This document shows positions 30,540 through 40,673 of a DNA stretch of 64,000 bases, piece after piece. Made by a program: the position numbers and the translations under genes. Under the pieces are notes generated by a model, which made no database searches, was not told where the DNA came from, and worked only from the letters and a program-made list of their open reading frames with translations. Each line of letters opens with the position of its first letter. Positions within the stretch are counted from its first letter, which is position 1. The stretch covers positions 9,636 to 73,635 of the forward strand of contig CAZUNO010000015.1 of the NCBI GenBank assembly GCA_964621445.1, written 5' to 3'. This stretch comes from Candidatus Hadarchaeota archaeon. Lineage in GTDB: Archaea > CAYQAE01 > CAYVLA01.

Positions 30540-31775
30540 TTGAGCTTGAATTCAAGGACCATCCTACTCGCACTGCTCCTGATCACGATTCCGGCAGCGG
30601 AGGCCATAACCGAGCTCGATGAAGGCATAGGATTGATGCTGCTGGGCGACGTGGGCAGGGCCGGCTCGCCGATAAACAACTGGCTGGACCGGGATCTAAT
30701 CATCGACTACTTCGAGATCCCCATGGCCCAGAAATCGATGGTCAAGGAGGACCTGATCAAGTACACCAACCTGTATTTTCCCAGGACCCTCGAACACCTG
30801 GTAGATATCTATGATATGATAGTGATTTGCGAGGAGGAGGAGCTCTTCGCCTGGTACACCTCGCCACGACACCAGGAAATCATGTACCGGGCGGTGAAGG
30901 ATGAGGGCGTGGCCCTGTTCAACTCCCTGCCCCACGAACACTACGAGGTCCAGGAGTGGGCAGACACCAGGCTATCCGAGACCATGCCCCACGACTACGA
31001 GAAGCTGTACATCAAGGTCATGAGGTCATGGACCCTGGAGATAAACGAGGATCCAAACCTCCCCCCGGTCTTCACCCCCTTCATCGAGCTGGGTATAGAG
31101 AAGTATCAGGGCCCCCATCTGGGCCGAATATACAAGAAGCCCGGGGCTACCACCTGGGCCCGGGCCGTGCCAATCAACGCGCCTTTCTTCATCAGCTGGG
31201 AATACGGCGAGAAGAAGGCAAGAACCTCGGTGACTGGCCACGACCTCGACGAGGCCTGGTGGGGTTCGACCTACAGGGGGAGTACCACCGAGAACCCATG
31301 GGGAGGGGACCTATTCCTGAACATCGTATACTGGTCGGTGGGAAAGGATCCAATTACAGATATATCCATCGTCCGGGCAGTCAGGGATGAATATGCAAAC
31401 TTCCTGATGCAGAGGGGAGTGACCCTGTCCCTGGTGGACTTCATAGACGACTTCGGAGCCAGCGTGGCCCCTCTGGAGCAGGAACTCAGGGAGATCACCA
31501 AAGGAAGGGCTGTGGCAAAGCGTCTATATTTCGAACAGGACTATGACGGGGCCTTGCAACATCTTCAATCAATGTTTAAGACCATGGAGAATATAGAAAC
31601 GGAGGCCCTGGAACTCAAGAAAAAGGCCTTCCTCTGGATATACGTAATAGAATGGTCGGTGGTAACCGCCTCCTTGATGGTGGTGGGCTTCATCACCTGG
31701 TCGTTAATGGTAAGAAGGCGACTTTACAGAAAGGTTGAGGTTACCAGAACGCAAAGCTCGGGCAAAACTGGATAA
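30540..31775 (+). CDS. Surface protein family paralog 5
   Basis: YFPRT..L...YD, FIDDFGAS, AFLWIYVIEW...LMVRRRLY. Confidence 0.9.
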   Translation: MSLNSRTILLALLLITIPAAEAITELDEGIGLMLLGDVGRAGSPINNWLDRDLIIDYFEIPMAQKSMVKEDLIKYTNLYFPRTLEHLVDIYDMIVICEEEELFAWYTSPRHQEIMYRAVKDEGVALFNSLPHEHYEVQEWADTRLSETMPHDYEKLYIKVMRSWTLEINEDPNLPPVFTPFIELGIEKYQGPHLGRIYKKPGATTWARAVPINAPFFISWEYGEKKARTSVTGHDLDEAWWGSTYRGSTTENPWGGDLFLNIVYWSVGKDPITDISIVRAVRDEYANFLMQRGVTLSLVDFIDDFGASVAPLEQELREITKGRAVAKRLYFEQDYDGALQHLQSMFKTMENIETEALELKKKAFLWIYVIEWSVVTASLMVVGFITWSLMVRRRLYRKVEVTRTQSSGKTG

Positions 31776-31816
31776 TATTTATAGAATACAAAATCAATTA
31801 AGGGAAGTGATCAGGC

Positions 31817-32224
31817 ATGCTCTTGTTTCTGTTTAAGACGTCCAAATCGAAGAAGACGAAGGTCAGCGCCAGCAAGAAGGAAGAGATACCGATCAAGTAC
31901 AGGATCGAACCAAAAAGCTCTTCACAAAATCCCGGCGACGAGGTCACATACAAGGTTACCATCATCAACGACAGGCTGGACGAGGTGTCGGGGTCGGTGA
32001 CCCTGACCCCGCCCAAGAAGTGGCCAATTGAATCAAAGGGCCAGGATTATGGGCCATTGAAGAAGGGGGAGGAAACACACCTGGAGTTTACCTTTACCAT
32101 ACCCGATGACGCCGAGACCGGATTCATCTACAAGGTAGCGGGAAACATAGACTACGGGATTGATAACGTAGAATCCAGCGCCATGATCGAGCTGGTGGAC
32201 TCCGGCGAGGAACTTCTCTGGTAG
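31817..32224 (+). CDS. Ig-like (NEW3/NPCBM-associated-type) domain protein
   Basis: PG..V..KVTI.N, L..P..W, L..GE....F...IP.DA..G.Y. Confidence 0.7.
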   Translation: MLLFLFKTSKSKKTKVSASKKEEIPIKYRIEPKSSSQNPGDEVTYKVTIINDRLDEVSGSVTLTPPKKWPIESKGQDYGPLKKGEETHLEFTFTIPDDAETGFIYKVAGNIDYGIDNVESSAMIELVDSGEELLW

Positions 32225-32242
32225 TTATTTAGAGGAACCCGC

Positions 32243-33646
32243 TTGATGGAAGTTCCGGAGGAGCTGACCTCCGAATTCAGGAAAACACGTGAACTATTGG
32301 AATCCTTCTCAACCGCCAATATAAACTGCCACCGGGACGCCGATGGCCTGTGCGGAGCGGCAATAATTAAACAGCTATTGGAGAAATTCGGGATCTCCTG
32401 CAGTATACGATCCGTTTTGCCCAATGACCTACGGGTTTTGGAACCCTCTAAAGGCCTGGATGTGTTCGTGGACGTGGGAAGTGGGCAGCTCTCCCATCTG
32501 CAAAGCTTTCAACAAGGAGCCCTAGTGGTTGATCATCACCCTCCTCAGGGGAGGGAGAGCGACAATCTGGTTCATTTAAACCCCAACAAAATTGGCTTCG
32601 ATGGTTCAACCGAGGTGAGCGGAGCGGGCATGGCCTTTCTGCTTTCGAGGAGCCTGGGAGCTGGAGGCGGTCTGGCCAAGCTGGCGGTGGTGGGGGCCAT
32701 AGCGGACAGGCAGGACCTTTTAGGGGATCTCAGAGGCTTAAATGCCGGGATACTGAGGATTGCGGTAGAAGAGGGCTCCGTTAAGGAGGAGAAGGATGTC
32801 CTACTCTTCGGCAAGGAGAGCCGACCGCTCCACCTGGCCCTGAAATACTTTAACGACCCGCCAATACCTGGCGTTTCTGGCCTGGAGGCAGGGTCCATGC
32901 AGCTTTTGGCCGATCTTGATATCCCTCTTCGGGAGGGAAAGAGGTTCAGGACCCTTCACGATCTGGATAAAGAGGAAAGAAGGAGATTAGCATCGGAGTT
33001 GGTGGTGAGGAGCATAGGGAGCGTTTCTCCAAACGTATCCACATATATACCGAAGATGATCATCGGCAGCACCTACAGGATGGTGGGCGAGGACCGACCC
33101 CTTCAATACGCCAGGGAGTTCGCGACATGCGTTAACTCAGCAGCGAGGATGGGACTGGAGCGGGATGCGGTGGACATGCTGGTCGGTGATCGTTCGGGAA
33201 GCTACCAGAGGGTGCTTGAGGGCCTTGAAAGGTACCGAAAGCAGCTCTCCGTCCACATACGAAGGGTGGTTTCCAGCGGGATTGAAACTGCTGAAAATGG
33301 CTACCTTCAGTATTTCAAGGAACCTGAGGTCCCGAGAAATATTGTGGGACCGGTAACAGGTCTAGTGCTGGGAAGTGGAGCAGCAGATATAAGGAGACCG
33401 CTTGTCGGCCTGTCACCTGATGAACCTACAAAGGCCTCGGCAAGATGCTCAAAGACCCTGGTCCTGGAGGGTATGGACCTATCCGTATGTGTGGAAAGGG
33501 CCGCGGCCAGCGTTGGAGGGGAAGGGGGCGGACACCGGGGAGCGGCAGGCGCTTTTTTCAGAACCGGTTATGAGGAGGTTTTCCTCCATAATCTGGAGGA
33601 TCTGTTGCTAGACCAGGTGAGGTCTAGGGACATTCCAGTAACTTGA
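32243..33646 (+). CDS. RecJ/GAN (Cdc45-like) DHH family nuclease
   Basis: H.DADG, D.GSG, DHH, GA.AD.Q, GGGH.GAAG. Confidence 0.92.
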   Translation: MMEVPEELTSEFRKTRELLESFSTANINCHRDADGLCGAAIIKQLLEKFGISCSIRSVLPNDLRVLEPSKGLDVFVDVGSGQLSHLQSFQQGALVVDHHPPQGRESDNLVHLNPNKIGFDGSTEVSGAGMAFLLSRSLGAGGGLAKLAVVGAIADRQDLLGDLRGLNAGILRIAVEEGSVKEEKDVLLFGKESRPLHLALKYFNDPPIPGVSGLEAGSMQLLADLDIPLREGKRFRTLHDLDKEERRRLASELVVRSIGSVSPNVSTYIPKMIIGSTYRMVGEDRPLQYAREFATCVNSAARMGLERDAVDMLVGDRSGSYQRVLEGLERYRKQLSVHIRRVVSSGIETAENGYLQYFKEPEVPRNIVGPVTGLVLGSGAADIRRPLVGLSPDEPTKASARCSKTLVLEGMDLSVCVERAAASVGGEGGGHRGAAGAFFRTGYEEVFLHNLEDLLLDQVRSRDIPVT

Positions 33647-34709
33647 AGGACGCACCGTCATACTCTTCCGGCAGTTCTCCCATCGTATAGCCCCTACCCG
33701 TGGTTTCGCAGTAGTAATAGCGGCGCTCGGAGTCCTCCTGGGGTGAGAAATACACTCCCCCGATCCCCTTTTCCCCCGCTATTCCCACGCCCATATGCTC
33801 GTCAACGATTATTAATGCAGCACCGTAGCCCAGGTGTTCCTCATTTGACATCAGGGAGGCAAATAGAAGAGATGTGTCCTCACAGTCCCCTCCCCCATCA
33901 TGAAGGGTTTCAACCGGGTATTTGGGATAATCGTTTCCCTCTGCCTCCTGGTCCGCGGAGTAGGGCATCTCCTGTACGAAGGAAAGGATGAAGTTAGCCT
34001 GTTGGTGTGGGTCAAGTCCTGCAAGTTCTCCGTAGAAACCCAGGAGGTGGGCCAGTGATTCCACGGTGGGGTGGTTGGGGCTCAGGTATTTGAGATAGTC
34101 CTGGTAGGAATACAGCGCCCTATCCTGTTCTAGTCCCTGCAGGTCGGTGAGGGGTTGGGAGAGGCATAATTTCCAGGTATACCCGTTAAAAGTCCAGTTA
34201 AAGCTCCTTGAGGTAGAGGGCTTCCCGACCACCACCGTTGCCCCCAGGGCGTGTTTTCCTTGCACGGTGTCCCCCGATGGATCGATGACCAACATTATGG
34301 GATTCACCCCTGCAGGTAGCGCCAAGCGGTCCTCGAATGTCAGGTTTGCGGTCTCACCGTTTTCCAGGTTCGGGATGGTGGCCCTTGAAACCTCCTCGTC
34401 CCCGATAAAGAGGCAGAGCGTGGCGGTGCCCGAATCGCCTTTTCCTCCGTTCTCGATCAGGGCAGATATGGTGACCGCCTGGCCAGCATCCGGCTGGTGT
34501 GGGCTTATGCCCATGCCTCCTATCCGGAGCGCGGAGGACCCCCCTCCGGGGGTTCCGGGGTCAAGAATGGCCCTTATGTCCTCGATATCTTCCGAGATAC
34601 AGCCAAGAGTAAGGCAGGCGATCAAAATACAGGCTAGGCCAAACGCCCCCATGACCCGACTTGGGCAGGGTTCTTTCCCTTCATGAGAAGTAGTTACTTG
34701 CCTCTTCAA
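33624..34709 (-). CDS. Lipoprotein with CARDB domain and transglutaminase-like cysteine-protease domain
   Basis: LGC lipobox-like motif, ISALIENGG CARDB, YPKYPVETL..GGGDCED, HM.VG, YYCETT. Confidence 0.85.
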   Translation of the reverse strand: MKRQVTTSHEGKEPCPSRVMGAFGLACILIACLTLGCISEDIEDIRAILDPGTPGGGSSALRIGGMGISPHQPDAGQAVTISALIENGGKGDSGTATLCLFIGDEEVSRATIPNLENGETANLTFEDRLALPAGVNPIMLVIDPSGDTVQGKHALGATVVVGKPSTSRSFNWTFNGYTWKLCLSQPLTDLQGLEQDRALYSYQDYLKYLSPNHPTVESLAHLLGFYGELAGLDPHQQANFILSFVQEMPYSADQEAEGNDYPKYPVETLHDGGGDCEDTSLLFASLMSNEEHLGYGAALIIVDEHMGVGIAGEKGIGGVYFSPQEDSERRYYYCETTGRGYTMGELPEEYDGASFKLLECP

Positions 34710-36057
34710 CGCTGTTGAAACCGTATTCGATACTCGAAAATCTTTTTCTTAATTCCGTGGCCTGGTTGCGAAGTTCCCTATAGCTGGTGGACTTGCCCTT
34801 CATTACCCGGATCATGAGGTCACAGAGGTCCTGGATATCGGGTTCCTTGAATCCCCTTCTAGTTACCTCCTGGAACCCTATTCTCAGACCCGAGGGGTCC
34901 TTGGTCTTTCCTGGATCATCGTAGGGCATCAGGTTACGGTTAACGATAATATTGGCCCTCTCCAGGTTATCGGCCACCTTTCCGCCTCCTCCGTGATCGG
35001 TTACATCGACGGCTATTTGATGGGACATGGTGAACCCCTTGTCCTCTCCCAGCACCTTCAGACCTTGTTCGTGGAGATATTCCCCTGCCTTCCTGGCATT
35101 GTTAACCGTTTGCTCGGCGTACTTCTTACCAAAGACCCACATCTCCACCGCCGATAGCCCCAGGGCGGGAAGTCGTCTCAGGTGATGGTTGGAAACCGAA
35201 AGCGGGAAGACGCCTTTCTGTACAGCTCTGGCCGCGGTTCGTCTCTTCTTGCTAAGCCTACCTTTATCATCTCTTAGGTCGGCCATGACCACTCCCCCCT
35301 GAGGACCGGGAAAGGTCTTGTGAGTGGAGGCGGTTAGGAAGTCCACTCCCTCCTCGAAAGGTTTCTGGAACTGCCCCCCTGCTATCAGGCCCAGGACATG
35401 CGCGGCGTCGTATACTATGTAGGCCCCAACCTCCCTTGCAGCTTCAGCTATCTCCTTGACCGGGTGAGGAAACAGGTACAGGCTGCCACCAAAGGTGACG
35501 ATGCCTGGCTTGGCAGCCTTGATTATCCTGGCCGATTGGTCGGGATCTATATTCATCTCCTGGAGGTCGAAGGCATGATCTATGGTCTCGAGTCCCACTA
35601 CCTGCCCTGCCAGGCCGGTGTAGTCATGGGATATGTGGGCGCCGAAGTTGACCGGAGCCACCACCATCTTGTCGTTCCCGGTTGCATTGCTCAGTCCCTT
35701 GAAGGTGGCCAGGTTGGCCACCGTCCCGGAGACCGGTCTGATGTCGATGAAATCGGCTCCGAACAGACCCTTCATTAGTTTGGCCGTGTCCTTCTCTATC
35801 TTGGACATGTATCTCTGGCCCTGGTAGTGCCTGACCTTGGGATATCCCTTTAGATCATTTGAGCCCTCGGCGTAGCGGTGCCATAGGTCCTGGGATATCC
35901 CGTACAGCTCCCGGACTGCAGGGGAGGGACAGCCCTCGCTGGCAATTAGGTTTATCGTCTCCTCGCCGCGCCATTTTTCATGATTTTTGGTTGCTTCCAG
36001 GAGATTCTTCAGATCCGTGCCAATGTCAATTTTTTTCAACGGCTTCACTTCTGCCAA
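34681..36057 (-). CDS. glyA: Serine hydroxymethyltransferase (archaeal type)
   Basis: NLIASE, RYAEG, GAHISH, YDAAHVLG, STHKTFPGPQGG, SGLRIG. Confidence 0.97.
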   Translation of the reverse strand: MAEVKPLKKIDIGTDLKNLLEATKNHEKWRGEETINLIASEGCPSPAVRELYGISQDLWHRYAEGSNDLKGYPKVRHYQGQRYMSKIEKDTAKLMKGLFGADFIDIRPVSGTVANLATFKGLSNATGNDKMVVAPVNFGAHISHDYTGLAGQVVGLETIDHAFDLQEMNIDPDQSARIIKAAKPGIVTFGGSLYLFPHPVKEIAEAAREVGAYIVYDAAHVLGLIAGGQFQKPFEEGVDFLTASTHKTFPGPQGGVVMADLRDDKGRLSKKRRTAARAVQKGVFPLSVSNHHLRRLPALGLSAVEMWVFGKKYAEQTVNNARKAGEYLHEQGLKVLGEDKGFTMSHQIAVDVTDHGGGGKVADNLERANIIVNRNLMPYDDPGKTKDPSGLRIGFQEVTRRGFKEPDIQDLCDLMIRVMKGKSTSYRELRNQATELRKRFSSIEYGFNSVEEASNYFS

Positions 36058-36104
36058 CTGGTCCGCATAGGGCCTGGGCAGAGGGGCTTAAAAGTTGTCT
36101 CTCC

Positions 36105-36923
36105 CTATTCATCCGGAGCTAGATAGAGGGTGGAGGTAACTGCAGCGTGATCGGAGGCCTTGATCCCGGAGGGGTCCTGGCCATCTATGAGGGATACCTC
36201 CCCAACATCGGTACGGGTCCAGGGAGAGGGTGAGGTGAAGATAAAGTCTATCCTCCCCTCCTCGTGGGTCTTGTCGTCCTCTTTGATAGTTCTCCTATTC
36301 CGCACCGGGGCTTCCTCCCAGGTGTCGACAAGGTTTCCCATAACGGTTTGATTATCCAGCTTTTCCCTTCCAGTAAGGATCCTGATCGGCGTGTCCTGGG
36401 GAACACAATTGAAGTCCCCCACCACCAGCTTTGGTAGGTGGGAGTTGAAGGAGCTCAGGAACCTCAATAGCTCCACCGCATTTCTAGGCCGCATTTTAGG
36501 GCTGAGGGAGAAGTGGGTGACGAAGAAGTGTAGATCCCCTGCGGGAAGGTTCAGAGTGCCGTTGAAAACGATTCTCTGGTGAACATCCTTCTCATCCTGG
36601 GGATCCCGGGTCAGCTCCAGGTAGGCGGTGGATTCTATGGGGTACCTTGACAGAATTCCAACCCCCTCCACCTTCCTTGGGGTCCTGGAGTAGACCATTG
36701 CCGGTTGGAACTGGTAATCGAGGCCGGTACGATCGGCGATCTGTTTCGCCTGGTGGTGACCAAGGGAGTTAAAATTCCTGTCGTCTCTTAGTTCCTGTAA
36801 CCCGACTATGTCCGGGTCTGTCTCCAGGATATTCTCCACGATCATCCTGCGCCTCTGAGGCCAGGGCTCGTTGTAGTTCCATATGTTATAGGTCATTACC
36901 TTGAGTTTCATCGAGTTGGCCAT
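36105..36923 (-). CDS. Endonuclease/exonuclease/phosphatase family protein
   Basis: MTYNI, GLQE, ILSRYP, GDFN, RIDFIF, SDH. Confidence 0.93.
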   Translation of the reverse strand: MANSMKLKVMTYNIWNYNEPWPQRRRMIVENILETDPDIVGLQELRDDRNFNSLGHHQAKQIADRTGLDYQFQPAMVYSRTPRKVEGVGILSRYPIESTAYLELTRDPQDEKDVHQRIVFNGTLNLPAGDLHFFVTHFSLSPKMRPRNAVELLRFLSSFNSHLPKLVVGDFNCVPQDTPIRILTGREKLDNQTVMGNLVDTWEEAPVRNRRTIKEDDKTHEEGRIDFIFTSPSPWTRTDVGEVSLIDGQDPSGIKASDHAAVTSTLYLAPDE

Positions 36924-37013
36924 GCCCCATACCGGTGTAATGGGTCTCGATCATCTCTTAAAAACTGGTCCGTGGACCCATATTAGGTGTATCAGAAATC
37001 CGCAACGCCGGGA

Positions 37014-38357
37014 TCAATCCCTGATCGGACCGCCAATCCTGTAGGATGCGCCGGGGATAGCGTTTCTCCCATCGACGACCCTGTCACCGATCTCGCTGAG
37101 CTGCTTGTCCCGTTCCCTGTATTCCTGGTGTGCGGTAACCAACACAAGGCAATCACATTTCAGGGCCCGGTCAAAGCTGGCAGGGGTGTAACCCATCGAC
37201 TGCAGTTCCTGATCCGAGAAAAGCGGGTCGTTGAGGAGGACCTGGCCGTAATCGGATAGTAGGTCCAGCAGTTTCAGCGCGGGTGAGAATCTGGTCTCCT
37301 TTACCCCAGCTCTAAAGGCCAGTCCCAGGACCCCGATGGAGGATGTCGATGGTTCAAGGCCCTGGTCCTCGATACACCGATCCACCAAATTCTTTAGATG
37401 CCCGGGCATGGAATCGTTCACCCTTCTGGCCTCTTCGATAAGCTCTACATCCGTCCCGTACTGGTGGCCCTTGGTTATTATGAACCAGGGGTAGACTGGT
37501 ATGCAGTGACCCCCGACCCCGCTCCCGGGCAGGTGGATGTGGCAATAGTCCTCGGTTTCGAGGTTAGCGGCCCTTATGACCTCCCAGGCGTCAACGCCGT
37601 GTTCCTGGCAAAAAAGGGCCAGTGTATTGGCATAGGCGATGTTAACGTCCCTGTATACCCCCTCCGAGACCTTTACCAGCTCAGCCGTTTCCAGGGATGA
37701 GACCTTTACCACCTCCCCAAAAGCGGTGTACAGACCGGCAGCCGAGTTGGTGCTTCTATCATCGATTCCCCCCACGATCTTTGGATACTTATACAGATTA
37801 CGAATTACCCGACCGGTCATGAGTCTTTCCGGCGCGTGTACCAGGCCGAAATCCTTTCCCGCCTTTAGGCCCGATTCCTCCAGCATGGGCAGGATATGCT
37901 CCCGAACGGCCCCCGGTGGCATCGTGGTCTCGATTATTACCAGATCACCCTTTTCAAGCCCCTTGGCGGCCTTGGTGCAGGCCTCCTTCATCTGGGAGAA
38001 GTCGGGGTTCCCCCTGTTATCAACCAGCAGGGGAACGAGTATCAGGATCACGTCGGACTCCTGTGCCGCTCTCACGGCATCGGTCGTGGCCCGTAGACGA
38101 TCATCAGCCACCACATCGGCCAGGATCCGGTCAAGCTCCGGCTCCTCCTTTATGGGGCATTTTCCCTGGTTTACCTGGTCGACTAGTTCCTGGTTCCGTC
38201 TCACCCCGATAACCCTTGCTCCCTCTCGGGCCAGGAGCGCGGCAAGGGGAAGGCCCATCTTCCCGATTCCCACCACATCGATGGTTATGTTGCCCGACTG
38301 CATTAGGGAGGAGACTTCGTCCTGGGAAAGGCCGTATATCTTGACCAACGTATTCAC
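37014..38357 (-). CDS. Nucleotide-sugar (UDP-ManNAc/GlcNAc-type) dehydrogenase
   Basis: GIGKMGLP, ETT.PPG, PER, YRDVNIA, GVGGHCIPVYP. Confidence 0.93.
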   Translation of the reverse strand: MNTLVKIYGLSQDEVSSLMQSGNITIDVVGIGKMGLPLAALLAREGARVIGVRRNQELVDQVNQGKCPIKEEPELDRILADVVADDRLRATTDAVRAAQESDVILILVPLLVDNRGNPDFSQMKEACTKAAKGLEKGDLVIIETTMPPGAVREHILPMLEESGLKAGKDFGLVHAPERLMTGRVIRNLYKYPKIVGGIDDRSTNSAAGLYTAFGEVVKVSSLETAELVKVSEGVYRDVNIAYANTLALFCQEHGVDAWEVIRAANLETEDYCHIHLPGSGVGGHCIPVYPWFIITKGHQYGTDVELIEEARRVNDSMPGHLKNLVDRCIEDQGLEPSTSSIGVLGLAFRAGVKETRFSPALKLLDLLSDYGQVLLNDPLFSDQELQSMGYTPASFDRALKCDCLVLVTAHQEYRERDKQLSEIGDRVVDGRNAIPGASYRIGGPIRD

Positions 38358-38412
38358 CGGATGGTGTGGCAGATGGAAAGCGACCGTTAAATGTCTTCTC
38401 TGAGTTCACGAA

Positions 38413-39687
38413 TCAGGGAGAATATACCGGCCAGGTCTCCGGTCCGTCCGGCAGCACCAGAATCTTGGCATCCTCACCCAGCCTGTCTATGGCGTTCCGT
38501 ATGCCCTGCTCCACGCTGTCGATCGGCTTGAGCCACATACCCCTGGCCTTCTGGTCATCTATATTCTCGGAGAAAAGGGATATCTGGGCCTTGGAAAGAA
38601 TACGGGCAAGTATCTGTGTCTGCCACTGATCGATTACGAAGAAGTCCGGGGAGTGTACCTGTTCCAGGAACCTCTCCGGGGAGCCGGCCTCCAGGATCAT
38701 GTTCTCAAAGGTCTGGTGTCCAATACCGTCGGAGCACTCGGCGGCCATGATTATCTCGCCGCCCTCCTTGATCACGTTCTCCGGGGTGGTCATCCCCTTG
38801 ACTGCCTGGTATAGGTTCAGGTCCAGGGGATATCCGCTGTTATTGGTGATGGCGATATCCACCTTCTCCTCGATGGGTATCTTGGATTTCTGGGAAACGA
38901 ATTCGGTTCCCTTTCGGTGGGCCTCCACTACATCTCCTGAGAAAACCCTGGTGATTTCCTTCTCCCGGTTGAGGGTAACGTTCACTATGAAGTCGACCCC
39001 CACCTTCTCTGCGGCCTCAACCCCGTCCTCATATATTGGATTGCCCTTTGAAATTCCGGTCCTGGCCTTGGGATGCCCGATGTGGTCCGCACCGTGGTTT
39101 ACGGCGATGCTATCCTTGCCCGCGCAGCCGGGAAGTATTGCCTTCCGGCCTCCGGTGAACCCGGCGAAGAAGTGGGGCTCTATGTACCCGGTCAAAATCC
39201 TGAATTCAGCCTTATGAAGGACCTTATCTATCCATATCGGGGTTCCATTATTGGTGTCTCCCAGGTAGACCTGTGATTCCTTATTGCGGGCATCGTGGTT
39301 AACAACCTCTACCCGGTTAAGTACCGCGGCGCCGAGCATTTCCTCCAGTTCGTCCTTTGTATTGGGCCTGTGAAGACCAGTCGCCACCAGTATGGTTATG
39401 TCTTCGTCCTCTACCCCAGTGGCGTTTAGTTCGCTGAGGATGGCAGGGACCAGGAGGTGGCTGGGAACCGGTCTCGTCTTGTCCGAAACCACGATGGTGG
39501 TCTTTGTTCCCGGTTCGACTAGGTCCGGTAGGGGACGGGAGGCTATGGGATTCTTCACGGACTCCACAATGGCCTGGTAGGCGTCGTCCACGCCGGGAAC
39601 GAACTCCGGCTCGGCAACCTTGTATAGATTCTCGTCAGGCACGTCGATGTATAGACCCTTCTTACCGTAAGCGATCTTGATTCTCAA
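38413..39687 (-). CDS. larA: Nickel-pincer dependent lactate racemase family
   Basis: SD.TRP, ATGLHR, PHFFAGFTGGRK, D.NLYQAVK. Confidence 0.92.
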   Translation of the reverse strand: MRIKIAYGKKGLYIDVPDENLYKVAEPEFVPGVDDAYQAIVESVKNPIASRPLPDLVEPGTKTTIVVSDKTRPVPSHLLVPAILSELNATGVEDEDITILVATGLHRPNTKDELEEMLGAAVLNRVEVVNHDARNKESQVYLGDTNNGTPIWIDKVLHKAEFRILTGYIEPHFFAGFTGGRKAILPGCAGKDSIAVNHGADHIGHPKARTGISKGNPIYEDGVEAAEKVGVDFIVNVTLNREKEITRVFSGDVVEAHRKGTEFVSQKSKIPIEEKVDIAITNNSGYPLDLNLYQAVKGMTTPENVIKEGGEIIMAAECSDGIGHQTFENMILEAGSPERFLEQVHSPDFFVIDQWQTQILARILSKAQISLFSENIDDQKARGMWLKPIDSVEQGIRNAIDRLGEDAKILVLPDGPETWPVYSP

Positions 39688-39806
39688 TTCAACCGGATAT
39701 ATATCGCGCTTTCACATTAAGAGTCTTTTCCCAAACCTCCTTTCCCTGCCGTGGACGACCAAGATTTTTCTACTAGTAGAGGTCAAGTAGCAGCTCGGGA
39801 TGTCCA

Positions 39807-40673
39807 ATGCGGGATTCACTTGGACTTGATGCCAGTCTGGGAAGCATAATACTCATCGTCCTGATCAGCTCCGCCCTGGTGGTATTTACATTGGCCCAGG
39901 AGGAGGTGGAAAGCCCGGTAACCATCCTCAAGAACCAGTATCCCAGTAGGATTTACAGTCAGGCCTCGGTGACCACCAGGGAGAAGATGGATTTCTCATT
40001 TAGCGTGGCTGCTAGGAAAAAACTAGCCAGGCTGGGTATTCAATACGTTACCCTGGTGGAGACCGATCCCGTTCCCGGACCCCTAAACCCCTCCTCCTCG
40101 TGGGAGGGTATTCTGGGAAACATTAGCGCCCTTAAGGCTTTGACCAAGGAGTCCGGGAACCCTTACCTGGAAACTGAGGTCAGGTCCATCGAGGTGGAGC
40201 ACGGAAACTGGTCCTACGAGGGCGTTTTCTATGATTTCCCGGTGGTTAGATTCTATGCCAGTCCGGAGTGCAGTGACCAGGTGCTAACCTCATTCCTAAT
40301 GCTGAAGAATGAGACCCATGTGCTTTACTTCGAGGGCATATCGGATTTCTATATCCACCGACTGGGTCGCTACTACGGAATCTCCTTGCCCCAGGAGGAG
40401 AGGAACCGAAGTTCCATCGACCGGATGAAGATACGGAGAAACCAAGAGGTGGCCACCTACTCATCGGCCCAGGACGCCCCGCCTGGGGCCCTGCCCATAA
40501 CGGAGGTCCCCGAAAAGGGAAGAGTTGTTTTCGACGATCTGGAGGAACACGACACCATTTCCATTGACTTCACCATAGAGATACCCAGGAGACCATCCGG
40601 GCTGTCCGCTCACCTGATCAGGATATATGCGGACGGCCAACCAGTTGAAATGAGGTTGAACCTAGTGGAGTGA
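39807..40673 (+). CDS. Secreted/membrane-anchored hypothetical protein
   Basis: N-terminal hydrophobic segment; 4-nt overlap with next gene. Confidence 0.75.
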   Translation: MRDSLGLDASLGSIILIVLISSALVVFTLAQEEVESPVTILKNQYPSRIYSQASVTTREKMDFSFSVAARKKLARLGIQYVTLVETDPVPGPLNPSSSWEGILGNISALKALTKESGNPYLETEVRSIEVEHGNWSYEGVFYDFPVVRFYASPECSDQVLTSFLMLKNETHVLYFEGISDFYIHRLGRYYGISLPQEERNRSSIDRMKIRRNQEVATYSSAQDAPPGALPITEVPEKGRVVFDDLEEHDTISIDFTIEIPRRPSGLSAHLIRIYADGQPVEMRLNLVE